Source of the DNA: Bacteroidota bacterium
GTDB taxonomy: Bacteria; Bacteroidota; Bacteroidia; UKL13-3
Direction of reading: 5' to 3'
DNA: 64,000 bases
NCBI GenBank assembly: GCA_027487835.1
Contig: JAIYCU010000012.1
Span: 21,718-85,717, forward strand
Positions 8,651-19,112 of this stretch are shown here, in pieces. The notes beneath the pieces are model-generated. The model was not told the origin of the DNA. It worked only from the letters and a program-made list of their open reading frames with translations, and did no database searches. Each line of letters starts with the position of its first letter. The stretch's first letter is position 1. Both the position numbers and the translations under genes were made by a program.

Positions 8651-11287
8651 ATGAGAAATTTTTACAAGCAAATGCTTTTGAGTCTGGGTCTGGGACTTAT
8701 TGCCAGTCTATCCATGGCTCAAGTTCGTCAATTTAAGGGTATTGTCACAGATGATGGCAATATTCCTATTCAAGGTGCAGTAGTAATGGTAGATGGGAAA
8801 AACGCGGGTTCGGTTACTGATGCACAAGGAAATTTTAAATTTACCTTTGATGTGGATGGCAAGTCAGAGGTAATAATTACAGCAAACATGGTGGGTTATG
8901 AAAAAGTAAAATCAACTGTTAATGCTACGGCAGATCCAGTTGTTAAGAACTTTACTTTACGCCAAGATCAAATGGGTTTAAAAGAAATGGTTGTAACAGG
9001 GGTGTCCAATCCAAAATCTAAAATCGAATCTAGTGTTTCCATATCCACCTTAAGGGCGGATCAAATCAATCAATCTGCGCCAAGAACTACTGCAGAAATT
9101 TTCAGAGCCATTCCAGGTATTAGGTCAGAAGCCTCTGCAGGTGATGGAAATACAAACATCACAGTGCGTGGAGTTCCAATTTCTTCTGGTGGATCAAAAT
9201 ATTTACAATTGCAGGAAGACGGACTACCAGTTTTACAGTTTGGAGATATAGCTTTTGCTACTTCTGACATATTTTTACGTGCCGACCAATCAATTTCTAG
9301 AATTGAAGCCATTCGCGGTGGCTCTTCTTCAACAATGGCAAGTAATGCTCCAGCAGGTATCATTAACTTTATTAGTAAAACTGGTGAACAGGAGGGAGGC
9401 AGTCTTGCAAATACATTTGGCTTGGATTACCAAACCTACCGCACTGATTTTGATTATGGAAGTCCTATTACAAAAGACCTTAGTTTTCATATTGGTGGTT
9501 TTTACAGAACAGGCGAAGGTGTAAGAACAGCTGGATATAATGCCAATAACGGAGGACAAATAAAGGCAAGTCTTACCAAAAAATTTAATAATGGCTATGC
9601 GCGTATGTATGTGAAATTATTAAATGATAGAGCCGCTGCATACATGCCAATGCCAATTGAAGTTAGCGGAACCAATAGCAATCCAATTTATAAGTCATTA
9701 AACAATTTTGATGCATTACATGGAACCTTGCATACTCCGTATTTACAACAAAATGTAGGAAGTGGAAGCAATGGAGAATTAAGAAGAAGTGATGTTGCTG
9801 ATGGGATGCACCCAACTAGCAAAGCCATAGGCTTTGAATTTGGATTTGATTTAGGAGATGGATGGAACGTAGAAAATAGAGGAAGATTTTCTGCAAATAA
9901 TGGAAGATTCTTAGCCCCATTTCCTGCAAATGTTGGGAATACCAACGACATGGTTAACGCCATTGCTGCTGCACAAGGTTGGACTTTAAGCAATCCAACA
10001 TTAACTTATGCAGATAACGGCGAAGCATTTAAAGGCGATAAGGCAATGATCATTCATATGTTTGATACTGAATTGAGAAATTTCAATTTGTTTGCAAATG
10101 ATTTTAAAATTAAAAAGAAAATTAATGAGAAAATTTCAATAAATGCAGGTTTATATAAAGCAAACCAAACAATTTCAATGGCATGGTTATGGAATTCTTA
10201 CCTAAGTGAAGTAAATGGCGATGGTGCTAGGTTAATTAATATTGATACAGGTGCAACACGTTTAACTCATAATGGTCAAGTTGCTTATGGTGTGCCAGTT
10301 TGGGGTAACTGCTGCCAAAGAAGTTATGATACTAAATATGATATCATTGCACCTTATGCTGGAGCAAGTTTTGATTTGAAAGATTTATCAGTTGATGCAA
10401 GTATCAGATATGATATTGGTAATGTAAGTGGAACTTTTGCGGGCAGTTCACAAAGTGCTAAAGACATGAATGGAGATGGAACAATTTCTGCCAACGAATT
10501 AAGCGTTTCAAGTATCGACTATGCTAAATCAAGTGCTGTAAATTACACCTATAAATATTTGTCTTATTCTGCAGGTGCTAATTACAAGTTAACCGAATCT
10601 GATGCTGTATTTGCAAGGTATAGTACTGGTGCCTCAGCAAAAGCAGATCGTATTTTATTTAGCAGTTCTATACTAGCTGGTGGAGATGCAAGAGCCACTT
10701 ATGATGAAATTGCACAAGGTGAATTTGGTTATAAAATGCGCAGAAACAAGTTAGGTTTATTTTTAACTGGATTCTATGCAAACGTTAACGAACAAGGTGG
10801 TTATGAGGCAACAACTCAGAAGGTAATTGAGAACGATTATAGATCATACGGACTTGAAACTGAATTAACTTACGTGTTAAATAAAAAGTTTGATGTAAGA
10901 GGAAGTTTCACTTATACTAATTCTCAAATTACAAGTGGTGCAAATGAAGGTAAAACACCTAGGAGACAAGCTCCATTTATTTATAATTTTTTCCTTAACT
11001 ATAAATTTAATAAGCATGCTGCAGGTTTAAACGTGATTGGTACTGCTAAATCATTTGCGCAAGATGACAACAAATTGGTGATGCCAGCTTATATGATTAC
11101 AAATGCTTATGTAAACTTTGCTTTAAGCAAAAGTTTAAATCTATCATTGAATGCAAATAACCTTCTTAATATGTTAGGAATTACAGAATCTGAGGAGGGT
11201 GCAATCGTAGAAAATCAAGCAAATATTATTAGAGCAAGATCAATTATGGGCAGGTCGATTTCTGCTACTATAAGGTTAGTTTTTTAG
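8651..11287 (+). CDS. TonB-dependent receptor (SusC/RagA-like N-terminal carboxypeptidase-regulatory domain), no adjacent SusD
   Basis: 878 aa; signal peptide; GIVTDDGNIPIQGAVVMV CarbopepD_reg-like domain; plug and beta-barrel composition. The next gene is a transporter, not SusD. Confidence 0.8.
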   Translation: MRNFYKQMLLSLGLGLIASLSMAQVRQFKGIVTDDGNIPIQGAVVMVDGKNAGSVTDAQGNFKFTFDVDGKSEVIITANMVGYEKVKSTVNATADPVVKNFTLRQDQMGLKEMVVTGVSNPKSKIESSVSISTLRADQINQSAPRTTAEIFRAIPGIRSEASAGDGNTNITVRGVPISSGGSKYLQLQEDGLPVLQFGDIAFATSDIFLRADQSISRIEAIRGGSSSTMASNAPAGIINFISKTGEQEGGSLANTFGLDYQTYRTDFDYGSPITKDLSFHIGGFYRTGEGVRTAGYNANNGGQIKASLTKKFNNGYARMYVKLLNDRAAAYMPMPIEVSGTNSNPIYKSLNNFDALHGTLHTPYLQQNVGSGSNGELRRSDVADGMHPTSKAIGFEFGFDLGDGWNVENRGRFSANNGRFLAPFPANVGNTNDMVNAIAAAQGWTLSNPTLTYADNGEAFKGDKAMIIHMFDTELRNFNLFANDFKIKKKINEKISINAGLYKANQTISMAWLWNSYLSEVNGDGARLINIDTGATRLTHNGQVAYGVPVWGNCCQRSYDTKYDIIAPYAGASFDLKDLSVDASIRYDIGNVSGTFAGSSQSAKDMNGDGTISANELSVSSIDYAKSSAVNYTYKYLSYSAGANYKLTESDAVFARYSTGASAKADRILFSSSILAGGDARATYDEIAQGEFGYKMRRNKLGLFLTGFYANVNEQGGYEATTQKVIENDYRSYGLETELTYVLNKKFDVRGSFTYTNSQITSGANEGKTPRRQAPFIYNFFLNYKFNKHAAGLNVIGTAKSFAQDDNKLVMPAYMITNAYVNFALSKSLNLSLNANNLLNMLGITESEEGAIVENQANIIRARSIMGRSISATIRLVF

Positions 11288-11317
11288 TGTTTTTTAGTTT
11301 AATTGGTAGTAAGTTCC

Positions 11318-11342
11318 TGGTTTGCATATTGCAAACCAGGAC
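11318..11342 (+). terminator. intercistronic hairpin (partial terminator/attenuator) between TBDR and symporter genes
   Basis: perfect 11-bp stem cctggtttgca tat tgcaaaccagg, 30 nt after the TBDR stop and 13 nt before the symporter ATG; no strong U-tract. Confidence 0.4.
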
Positions 11343-11354
11343 TTCTTTTAGCTT

Positions 11355-12941
11355 ATGGAAATAAATACAATCGATCTCTCTATTATTCTGATTTACGTAA
11401 TTGGAATTATCTATTACGGAATTCGTTCCGGAAAAAAATCTACCTCCGAAGAATACTTTCTAGGAGGAAAATCTATGACTTGGCCAGTAATTGGCCTTTC
11501 TATGTTTGCTGCTAATATCTCTAGTAATTCTTTAGTAGCTATCACAGGGGGTGCTTATATCAATGGCATTTCTGTATTTAATTATGAATGGATGGCATCA
11601 GTTGTGCTGGTTGTTTTTTGTATTTTTATTTTGCCATTCTATTTAAACACTGGCATTTATACAATGCCTGAATATTTTGAAAAAAGATTCGATGCAAGAA
11701 GTAGAGTCTACTTTTCCATCATCACATTAATTGGGAATATATTCATCGATACCGCTGGAACCTTGTATGCGGGATATAAAACTATTTCATTTGTCGCAGT
11801 TGACTTAAATCCATACTTAGTAGTTGGATCCTTGGCAGTTTTTGCCGCAAGCTATACCATATTAGGTGGGCTTTCAAGCGTAATGAAAACTGAAGTAGTA
11901 AACACCATTATTTTACTTTTTTCTGCACTAGTGCTTTCTATTTTAATTTATAATCATGGTGGCAGTTGGGAGCAAATTAAAAGTGCTGCTGAAGTAAAGG
12001 GTGAACACATGACACACCTTGTATTACCTAATTCAAATCAAAGTATGCCTTGGTTAGGCTTACTATTTGGTGTGCCTATTTTGGGTTTTTATTTTTGGTG
12101 TAATAATCAATTTATTGTACAAAGAGCCCTCAGCGCACAAAATAAAGATGAGGCAAGAAAAGGTGCATTATTTGCAGGGTTATTAAAACTTCCTGTAATG
12201 TTCTTATTGGTAATTCCAGGCATTATTGCCATTCAATTGCTTCCAAACTTAAAAGATAGCAGTGAGGCATACCCAAGAATGATGTTTGAATATTTACCAA
12301 CAGGATTGTTAGGTTTAACAATAGCAGGCTTTCTTGCGGCTATGGCATCTGCAGTGAGTGCCACCTTAAATTCAGCTTCAACACTTGTTAGTATGGATTT
12401 AATTAGAAAAATTAAGCCAGAAATAAGCTCGCAATCCCTTGTTAAGAGTGGACAAATTTCAACAGTCATATTTATGATTATCGCTGTGCTTTGGGCGCCC
12501 CAAATAGCCAAGGCAACCTCTTTTATGGATTATATGCAAGGTGTTCTTTCACTTATTTCACCGCCTGTTGTAGCTGTATTTTTAGCAGGTTTGTTCTTTA
12601 AAAGAACTACTGCAAATGGTGCATTCTATGGTTTAATGGCTGGCTTAGCTTGTGGAATATTCATCGTAGTTTGTTCTTTGTACGATGTTCCTCAAATAAA
12701 TAGCATTCCGTTTCTATTAAAAGCGCCAATCATTTTTGCAATTTGCTTTTCAATCACAATGATTATTTCATTGTTAGAAAAAGCGCCTGATGCAATTAAA
12801 ACAGATGATTTGGTATGGTCTTTAAAAATGTATCAACAAGAAACAATTGAAATGAAAGCTGTGGTTTGGTATAAAAATTACAGGGTTCTAAGCTTATTGT
12901 TATTAATAGCAACCTTTTTATTGGTTTTTGCATTTAGATAA
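11355..12941 (+). CDS. sodium:solute symporter family (SSS/SGLT) sugar transporter
   Basis: 528 aa, about 13-14 TM segments, SSS-family GGxxM-like patterns; operon position between TBDR and GH. Confidence 0.8.
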   Translation: MEINTIDLSIILIYVIGIIYYGIRSGKKSTSEEYFLGGKSMTWPVIGLSMFAANISSNSLVAITGGAYINGISVFNYEWMASVVLVVFCIFILPFYLNTGIYTMPEYFEKRFDARSRVYFSIITLIGNIFIDTAGTLYAGYKTISFVAVDLNPYLVVGSLAVFAASYTILGGLSSVMKTEVVNTIILLFSALVLSILIYNHGGSWEQIKSAAEVKGEHMTHLVLPNSNQSMPWLGLLFGVPILGFYFWCNNQFIVQRALSAQNKDEARKGALFAGLLKLPVMFLLVIPGIIAIQLLPNLKDSSEAYPRMMFEYLPTGLLGLTIAGFLAAMASAVSATLNSASTLVSMDLIRKIKPEISSQSLVKSGQISTVIFMIIAVLWAPQIAKATSFMDYMQGVLSLISPPVVAVFLAGLFFKRTTANGAFYGLMAGLACGIFIVVCSLYDVPQINSIPFLLKAPIIFAICFSITMIISLLEKAPDAIKTDDLVWSLKMYQQETIEMKAVVWYKNYRVLSLLLLIATFLLVFAFR

Positions 12942-12946
12942 ACAGT

Positions 12947-14119
12947 ATGATGATTTCAGATAATGCCTATCAAATAGCTATTCAAGTTTTAAAGGAAGCC
13001 TCCTTTGAACATGGCTTTTTGGCATCGGTTCAAAACGAAGCAAATTATAAAAGGGTTTGGACAAGAGATAGTGTCCTTTGCGGTTTAGCTGCTCTTCAAA
13101 CAGGAGATAATTCTTTGGTTCAAACCTTTAAAAATGCTTTGATTACAATTTTTGACCACCAACATGAGGCTGGATTTTTTCCTTCAAATATTGGTATCGA
13201 AGATAAACATGTAAGCTTTGGAGGACCAGTTGGGAGAACAGATAATACCTCATGGGCTATTATAGGTATGTGTAAGTTTTTGATTCAATGCCCAGATTCA
13301 AATTTCGCAGAAAAGTATTATGCAAATATTTGTAATGGCTTTAAAGTTTTAGAAGCATGGGAATTTAATGGGAAAGGCCTCATTTATGTGCCTCAAAGCG
13401 GTAATTGGGCTGATGAATATTATCAACACGGGTATCTTTTGATGGACCAATTACTTAGGGTTTGGGCCTTAGAATTGGCAGCCAAAGTTTATAATATGGA
13501 CCGTTTTAATCACAAAGCTATCGCCATAAGAGCCATAATTGAAGAAAACTTTCATAGCTCAAAGCTTTCACAAAAGCCCTATTTGCCACTTTTAGAAAGG
13601 TCAAAATCCAATTTTCCAAACAACTATTGGGTAGGAGGTTTTAATCCATCTGCAGTTTATACAAACTTTGATCTGTTAGCTAACGCCTTAGCTATTTATC
13701 TTCAATTAGGTTCAAGCCAAATACAAAACCAATTGATTTCTTACTTAAGACAATCAATTAGTCAAAATGAGTTCATGATTCCTTCATTTTCTCCAACTAT
13801 TGAAATCGCTGAACCAGATTTTAATATCCTCATGAATTTGCACAGTTTTAAGTTTAGAAATTTTCCTCATCAATTTCACAATGGTGGATTATGGCCTGTT
13901 TGGAATGGTTTTTTGGCAGGAATAATTTTAAATATCGATGAAAGTCTAGCAAATGAAATTGGGAAAAGGGTAGAGCTGGCTTGTAAGTTGGGAACAAGTG
14001 AACAACCTGAATGGGACTTTAATGAATGTTTTAATGGATTGACAAATAAACCTCAAGGCATCTCAAGATGTAGTTGGTCGGCAGCAGGTTTGATCCTAAG
14101 CAAAAGCGCATTTTTATGA
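12947..14119 (+). CDS. (alpha/alpha)6-barrel glycoside hydrolase, neutral/alkaline invertase (GH100)-like; family assignment tentative
   Basis: 390 aa cytoplasmic protein; motifs RVWTRDSV, GNWADEYYQHGY, WNGF resemble six-hairpin glycosidases of the GH100/GH63 type; operonic with fructokinase. Confidence 0.45.
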   Translation: MMISDNAYQIAIQVLKEASFEHGFLASVQNEANYKRVWTRDSVLCGLAALQTGDNSLVQTFKNALITIFDHQHEAGFFPSNIGIEDKHVSFGGPVGRTDNTSWAIIGMCKFLIQCPDSNFAEKYYANICNGFKVLEAWEFNGKGLIYVPQSGNWADEYYQHGYLLMDQLLRVWALELAAKVYNMDRFNHKAIAIRAIIEENFHSSKLSQKPYLPLLERSKSNFPNNYWVGGFNPSAVYTNFDLLANALAIYLQLGSSQIQNQLISYLRQSISQNEFMIPSFSPTIEIAEPDFNILMNLHSFKFRNFPHQFHNGGLWPVWNGFLAGIILNIDESLANEIGKRVELACKLGTSEQPEWDFNECFNGLTNKPQGISRCSWSAAGLILSKSAFL

Positions 14120-15027
14120 AACAGAAAAAAGTAATAGCAATTGGTGAATTGTTAGCAGATTTAATCAGTACAAACTTTGTAAATGATTTAAGTGAAGCAA
14201 AATCATATCATGTTTTTCAGGGAGGAAGCCCTGCTAATTTTTGTGGCAATTTATTATGGCTTAATACCCAAGCACAGCTTATATCAACAGTAGGAAATGA
14301 CGGCCTTGGAAAATTTTTGTTGAACCAAGTGAAGGAAATTGGTTTAAATATTGATCAAATTAATATTGAAGAAGGGATTCCAACTTCACTTATTTTAGTT
14401 GGAAAAAGCAAAGCTACACCTGATTTCTTAGCTTATAGAATGGCCGACAGATTTATAAAAATAAAAAATATGAATTGGCTAGATGAGGTTAGTGTATTGC
14501 ATACTAGTGCGTTTGCATTAAGTTTAGAGCCAGCACGAAGCATCATTATAGACGCAATAAAGTTGGCAAGTAAGAATGGAATTACAATTTCTGTAGACTG
14601 GAATTATGCAGAAGAAATATGGACATTAGGTGGCGGCACGAAAGTTTTTGACCAATTAGTAAATTACAATCCAATGCTCAAAATTAGCTTAGATGACTAC
14701 CGAAGGTTTTCAGGGCTGAACCAAGCGAGTGCAGAAGATGCTAAAAAGTTTCTTAATAAATATACACTAAAGTTTTGTTGTTTAACTTGCGGTGCTGAAG
14801 GTGTTTGGTACCGACATAAAAATGAGGAATGGGTTTTTGAAAAGGCCAGGCTTGTAAATAAAATTACAGATACAACTGGAGCAGGAGATGCTTTCTGGGC
14901 TGGTTTCATTTCAGGTTGGCTGGAATTTGATTCAATACAGAAGGGTATAATGCTTGGACTAGATATAGCAGCAAAAAAAGTTGAAACCTTAGGACCATTA
15001 TATTTAAATAATAATAATTCTATTTAA
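14116..15027 (+). CDS. PfkB-family carbohydrate kinase (fructokinase-like)
   Basis: ATG overlaps the upstream stop (ATGA at 14116-14119); GG di-glycine motif, C-terminal DTTGAGDAF anion-hole motif of ribokinase/fructokinase. Confidence 0.8.
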   Translation: MKQKKVIAIGELLADLISTNFVNDLSEAKSYHVFQGGSPANFCGNLLWLNTQAQLISTVGNDGLGKFLLNQVKEIGLNIDQINIEEGIPTSLILVGKSKATPDFLAYRMADRFIKIKNMNWLDEVSVLHTSAFALSLEPARSIIIDAIKLASKNGITISVDWNYAEEIWTLGGGTKVFDQLVNYNPMLKISLDDYRRFSGLNQASAEDAKKFLNKYTLKFCCLTCGAEGVWYRHKNEEWVFEKARLVNKITDTTGAGDAFWAGFISGWLEFDSIQKGIMLGLDIAAKKVETLGPLYLNNNNSI

Positions 15028-15079
15028 CATAATATTAATTATAGGATTATTTAAATTCTGTAGAATGCTGCTTTTAATC

Positions 15080-16423
15080 CTAAATAAACTTAAAGTTAGA
15101 TCCAATAACATCAGCTTTAGAGCCTTCTTTGATGGTGAAAGTTATCTTTGTTCCTTTTCCCAATTCACTTTCGACAGAAATCTTACCACCATTGACTTCA
15201 GTAAACATTTTACAAAGCTTTAAACCCAAACCTGTACCTTTTTCTTTTTTAGTCCCATCTGTGGTTTTACCCACTACAAATATTTTGCTCAATTGTTCTT
15301 CTGTCATTCCAATGCCTTCATCAATAACCTGAATTTCAATTTCGCCTCTAAAGTTTTTAAAGGCATTAATAGTAATAATAGCTCCGGTATTAGAAAACTT
15401 AACAGCATTATTAATTAAGTTTCTAAGTATAATTAGAAATAAATCTTTATCCCCGTAGGCATACATCAAATTAGATGCATTGCTTTGAATGAATATTTTC
15501 TTATTTCTAATAAAGTTAAAACTACCATCAATAACGGCCTGAATGGCTGAATTAATTTCAAAATGTGAATTATTTAAGTGAAGACCACCCATTTGGCTTC
15601 TTGCCCAAAACAAAATATTTTCTACTAACGCAGCAGTCTCTTCCATTTGCGAGCTAGCCACCTTTATCAGATCTTCCTTTTGGACTTTTGAAATTTCATC
15701 ATCCATCAATAAATCAAACAATCCTTTTGCATTATTAATAGGCCCACGTAAATCATGTCCCAATGTTGCAAAAATGCTGTTTTTGTAGGTATCTAAATCT
15801 TTTAATGCATTAAATTGAAGTTGAATGACTTCATTTTTTGATTCAATTTCATTCTTTACTCTATTGTTTTGCTCTTTAAAGTATATTGAAAATTCCCCTA
15901 AAATTATACCTGCAATTAGGATAGAAATAAAGACATCAATTAACTGAACATCCGGATTGGCATAAGGAATAATTTCTTCTGGATGAAAATGATAATAATA
16001 CAACATCCCAAATAACCCTGCATACACAAATGAAATCATTATGTAGTAAGATTTCCTATTTAGAAAATAAGCTAAATAGACTGGAATAGAAAGGAAATAA
16101 AGCAGTATAGGGCCTTCAAATCCCCCATTAATCGGCCAAAAAAGGATGAGAAAAAACATAACTGAAACGGCCAACATTACTCCATCGATATTTTTTGCCT
16201 TTCCTTTTTTTCTAACCTTGAAAAAATAAGTTGTTGTAATGGCAGTAATAATCCCACAATAAATGCTTAACCTAAAATCAAAACCTAACAGGTAATTTGT
16301 AAATGTTCCAGAAAAGGCAGCAACTGAAATAGCAGAAGAAACTATCAAAAAGATTCTAGTAGTAACATCGTCTTGCGATATACCATTATAGAACCACTTA
16401 GCGAAAGTTTCTTTTGCCTTCAA
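15080..16423 (-). CDS. sensor histidine kinase (membrane-anchored, orphan: no adjacent response regulator)
   Basis: N-terminal polytopic membrane region; H-box ATLGHDLRGPIN; HATPase_c motifs NLINNAVKFS, DEGIGM, GTGLGL. Confidence 0.8.
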   Translation of the reverse strand: MKAKETFAKWFYNGISQDDVTTRIFLIVSSAISVAAFSGTFTNYLLGFDFRLSIYCGIITAITTTYFFKVRKKGKAKNIDGVMLAVSVMFFLILFWPINGGFEGPILLYFLSIPVYLAYFLNRKSYYIMISFVYAGLFGMLYYYHFHPEEIIPYANPDVQLIDVFISILIAGIILGEFSIYFKEQNNRVKNEIESKNEVIQLQFNALKDLDTYKNSIFATLGHDLRGPINNAKGLFDLLMDDEISKVQKEDLIKVASSQMEETAALVENILFWARSQMGGLHLNNSHFEINSAIQAVIDGSFNFIRNKKIFIQSNASNLMYAYGDKDLFLIILRNLINNAVKFSNTGAIITINAFKNFRGEIEIQVIDEGIGMTEEQLSKIFVVGKTTDGTKKEKGTGLGLKLCKMFTEVNGGKISVESELGKGTKITFTIKEGSKADVIGSNFKFI

Positions 16424-16435
16424 AATATTAATTTA

Positions 16436-18949
16436 TTATTCAGGTGTATCTATAATAGGGTCAATGTTTCCATCAACTGGTTCTTCTAACCCTTCTTCTT
16501 CCTCTTCTCCTGGTATATAATTGATTTTTGCAACACTTGCGATTTCATCTTTCTCTCCAATATTAATCAATCTTACACCCTGAGTTACCCTACCTAAAAT
16601 CCGAAGTTCTTTTACACTCAATCGAATAGTGATGCCACTTTTGTTAATAATCATGATGTCATTTGTATCATCAACATCTTTAATGGTTACTAACTTGCCA
16701 GTTTTATCTGTTACTTTCATGGCGCTCACGCCTTTTCCACCTCTGTTAGTGATTCTATAATCTTCCACTTCTGAGCGTTTGCCCATTCCGTTTTCAGTTA
16801 CTACAAGTACATTGGTTTTTGATGCATCTTCAATAGATGCCATACCAATTACCTCATCCCCTTCATCTAGCCTGATAGCCCTCACTCCTGTTGCATTTCT
16901 GCCCATTGGCCTTACCGTACTTTCATTGAATCTAATGGCTTTACCTTCTCTGCTTGCAATGATAATTTCGCTGGTACCATTGGTTAGCCTTGCTTCAACT
17001 AGGTTATCTCCTTCTCTTACATTAATTGCATTAATACCATTGGCTCTTGGTCGGCTATAGGCTTCCAAAGTAGTTTTCTTAATGGTACCTTTTTGTGTGA
17101 CCATGATGATATTATTCTGGTTGATATACTCCTCATCTACTAAAGTTCTCACGCACAAGAATGCTTTAACTTTTTCTTCAACTGGGATATTAATCAAGTT
17201 TTGAACGGCCCTTCCTTTGGTGTTCTTTTCACCTTCTGGAATTTCATAAACTCTTAACCAGAAACAACGACCTTGCTCTGTAAACAACATAAGGTAATTA
17301 TGGTTGGTTGCCATGAAAATATGTTCAACAAAATCTTCTTGACGTTTAGCTACTCCCCTGCTACCTCTTCCTCCTCTAGCTTGGGTGCGATATTCATTCA
17401 ATGAAGTACGTTTAACATAACCCAAATGTGAAATGGTAATTACCACTTCTTCATCCGGTATTAAGTCTTCCATACTCATTTCATTGCCTGCCATTTCTAT
17501 TACAGATCTGCGCTCATCGCCATATTTGCTCTTCATTTCGGCTAATTCATCCTTAATGATTTGCATTCTAAGTGGTTCGTTCGATAATATTTCGTTCAAC
17601 CTTGCAATTAACTCCATGATTTGCGCATACTCTTCCTTTATTTTGTCGCGCTCTAAGCCTGTTAAACGTTGTAAACGCATATCAAGAATGGCCTTAGATT
17701 GAATTTCAGAAAGTTTAAACCTTTCCATTAATCCATTTTTTGCCTCATCTGGTGTAGTGGCAGCTCTAATTAAAGCAATTACTTCGTCTAGATGATCTAA
17801 AGCAATTAATAAACCTTCTAAAATATGGGCTCGCTTTTGTGCCTCCTCCAAATCGTATTGAGTGCGCTTAATAACAACTTGATGCCTATGCTCTACAAAG
17901 TGAACAATTAAGTCTTTTAGGTTTAAAGTTTCAGGTCTTCCTTTAACTAGCGCAACATTATTTACACTGAAAGAAGTTTGTAGTTGTGTGTATTTAAAAA
18001 GTTTATTAAGCACCACATTTGGAACCGCATCTCTTTTTAAATCAAAAACCATACGCATCCCATCTCTATCACTTTCATCTCGCACATCACTGATGCCTTC
18101 AATCACTTTTTCATTTACTAAATCAGCAATTTGCTTGATAAGGGTAGCCTTATTAACTTGATAAGGGATCTCATGCACAACAATTTGGTCTTTCCCAGTT
18201 TTTGAGGTTTCAAAACCAGCTTGTGCGCGCATTACAATTCTACCTCTTCCCGTTTCTAAGGCTTGCTTAACCCCTTCATATCCGTAAATTATACCTCCAG
18301 TTGGAAAATCTGGCGCTTTAATGTACTTCATTAATTCAGGAATGGTGATTTCGCGATTGTCTATATAAGCAACAATTCCATCTACCACTTCAGATAAATT
18401 ATGAGGAGCCATATTGGTGGCCATACCAACTGCAATTCCAGAAGCCCCATTCATTAATAAATTAGGCACCTTTCCAGGAAGTACAGTAGGCTCAGTTAAG
18501 CTGTCATCAAAATTCGACCTAAAATCGACGGTATTTTTTTCTATGTCTGTTAAAAGTTCTTCTGCAATTTTTCTTAATCTGGCTTCTGTGTAACGCATTG
18601 CAGCTGGTGGATCGCCATCCACAGAACCAAAGTTACCTTGACCATCTACCAACATATAACGCATATTCCATTCTTGCGCCATCCTAACCATGGTATCATA
18701 AACCGAACTATCTCCATGGGGATGGTACTTTCCTAGTACCTCTCCTACAATACGCGCGCTCTTTTTGTAAGGTCTATTTGAGGCCAAGCCCAATTCTGTC
18801 ATTCCGTACAAAACCCTGCGATGTACAGGTTTTAATCCATCTCTTACATCTGGTAATGCTCTACTCACAATAACCGACATCGAATAATCGATGTAAGCGG
18901 TTTTCATTTCATCTTCAATGTTAATCTGTATAATTCTGTCTTCTGCCAT
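16436..18949 (-). CDS. gyrA: DNA gyrase subunit A
   Basis: 837 aa; canonical N-terminus [30 protein letters not shown], active-site Tyr region, C-terminal beta-pinwheel repeats. Confidence 0.93.
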   Translation of the reverse strand: MAEDRIIQINIEDEMKTAYIDYSMSVIVSRALPDVRDGLKPVHRRVLYGMTELGLASNRPYKKSARIVGEVLGKYHPHGDSSVYDTMVRMAQEWNMRYMLVDGQGNFGSVDGDPPAAMRYTEARLRKIAEELLTDIEKNTVDFRSNFDDSLTEPTVLPGKVPNLLMNGASGIAVGMATNMAPHNLSEVVDGIVAYIDNREITIPELMKYIKAPDFPTGGIIYGYEGVKQALETGRGRIVMRAQAGFETSKTGKDQIVVHEIPYQVNKATLIKQIADLVNEKVIEGISDVRDESDRDGMRMVFDLKRDAVPNVVLNKLFKYTQLQTSFSVNNVALVKGRPETLNLKDLIVHFVEHRHQVVIKRTQYDLEEAQKRAHILEGLLIALDHLDEVIALIRAATTPDEAKNGLMERFKLSEIQSKAILDMRLQRLTGLERDKIKEEYAQIMELIARLNEILSNEPLRMQIIKDELAEMKSKYGDERRSVIEMAGNEMSMEDLIPDEEVVITISHLGYVKRTSLNEYRTQARGGRGSRGVAKRQEDFVEHIFMATNHNYLMLFTEQGRCFWLRVYEIPEGEKNTKGRAVQNLINIPVEEKVKAFLCVRTLVDEEYINQNNIIMVTQKGTIKKTTLEAYSRPRANGINAINVREGDNLVEARLTNGTSEIIIASREGKAIRFNESTVRPMGRNATGVRAIRLDEGDEVIGMASIEDASKTNVLVVTENGMGKRSEVEDYRITNRGGKGVSAMKVTDKTGKLVTIKDVDDTNDIMIINKSGITIRLSVKELRILGRVTQGVRLINIGEKDEIASVAKINYIPGEEEEEGLEEPVDGNIDPIIDTPE

Positions 18950-19112
18950 AATTCTTTTCTAAATAACAATTGCTATGCTTAACTTTTATTTAATGCTATA
19001 AATCATTGCAAAATAAGGATTACGCAATGATTTATTCATATAAAATTCCCACAAAAGTTGAAAGGATTGTGGATAATAAATTACTGCTTTTTCTCTTTAT
19101 ATTTGAAGGAGT

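Noticed and set aside
11303-11515. ORF 11303..11515 overlapping the symporter start
   Set aside because: It is out of frame with and overlaps the convincing SSS transporter gene, and it spans the intercistronic hairpin. Likely spurious.
15028-15079. Inverted repeat aggatta...taatcct between convergent pfkB and histidine-kinase genes as a terminator
   Set aside because: The 7-bp arms are separated by a 25-nt loop, so it would be a weak hairpin. It is listed only as a possible convergent-terminator region, not as a feature.
16779-17702. Antisense ORFs inside gyrA (16779..17060, 17433..17702) and similar antisense ORFs inside other large genes (4151..4333, 9070..9993 set, 12233..12511, 31203..31766, 59262..59944, 61251..61544)
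   Set aside because: They are fully embedded opposite well-supported conserved CDSs and have low-complexity or biased composition typical of antisense frames, with no motifs.
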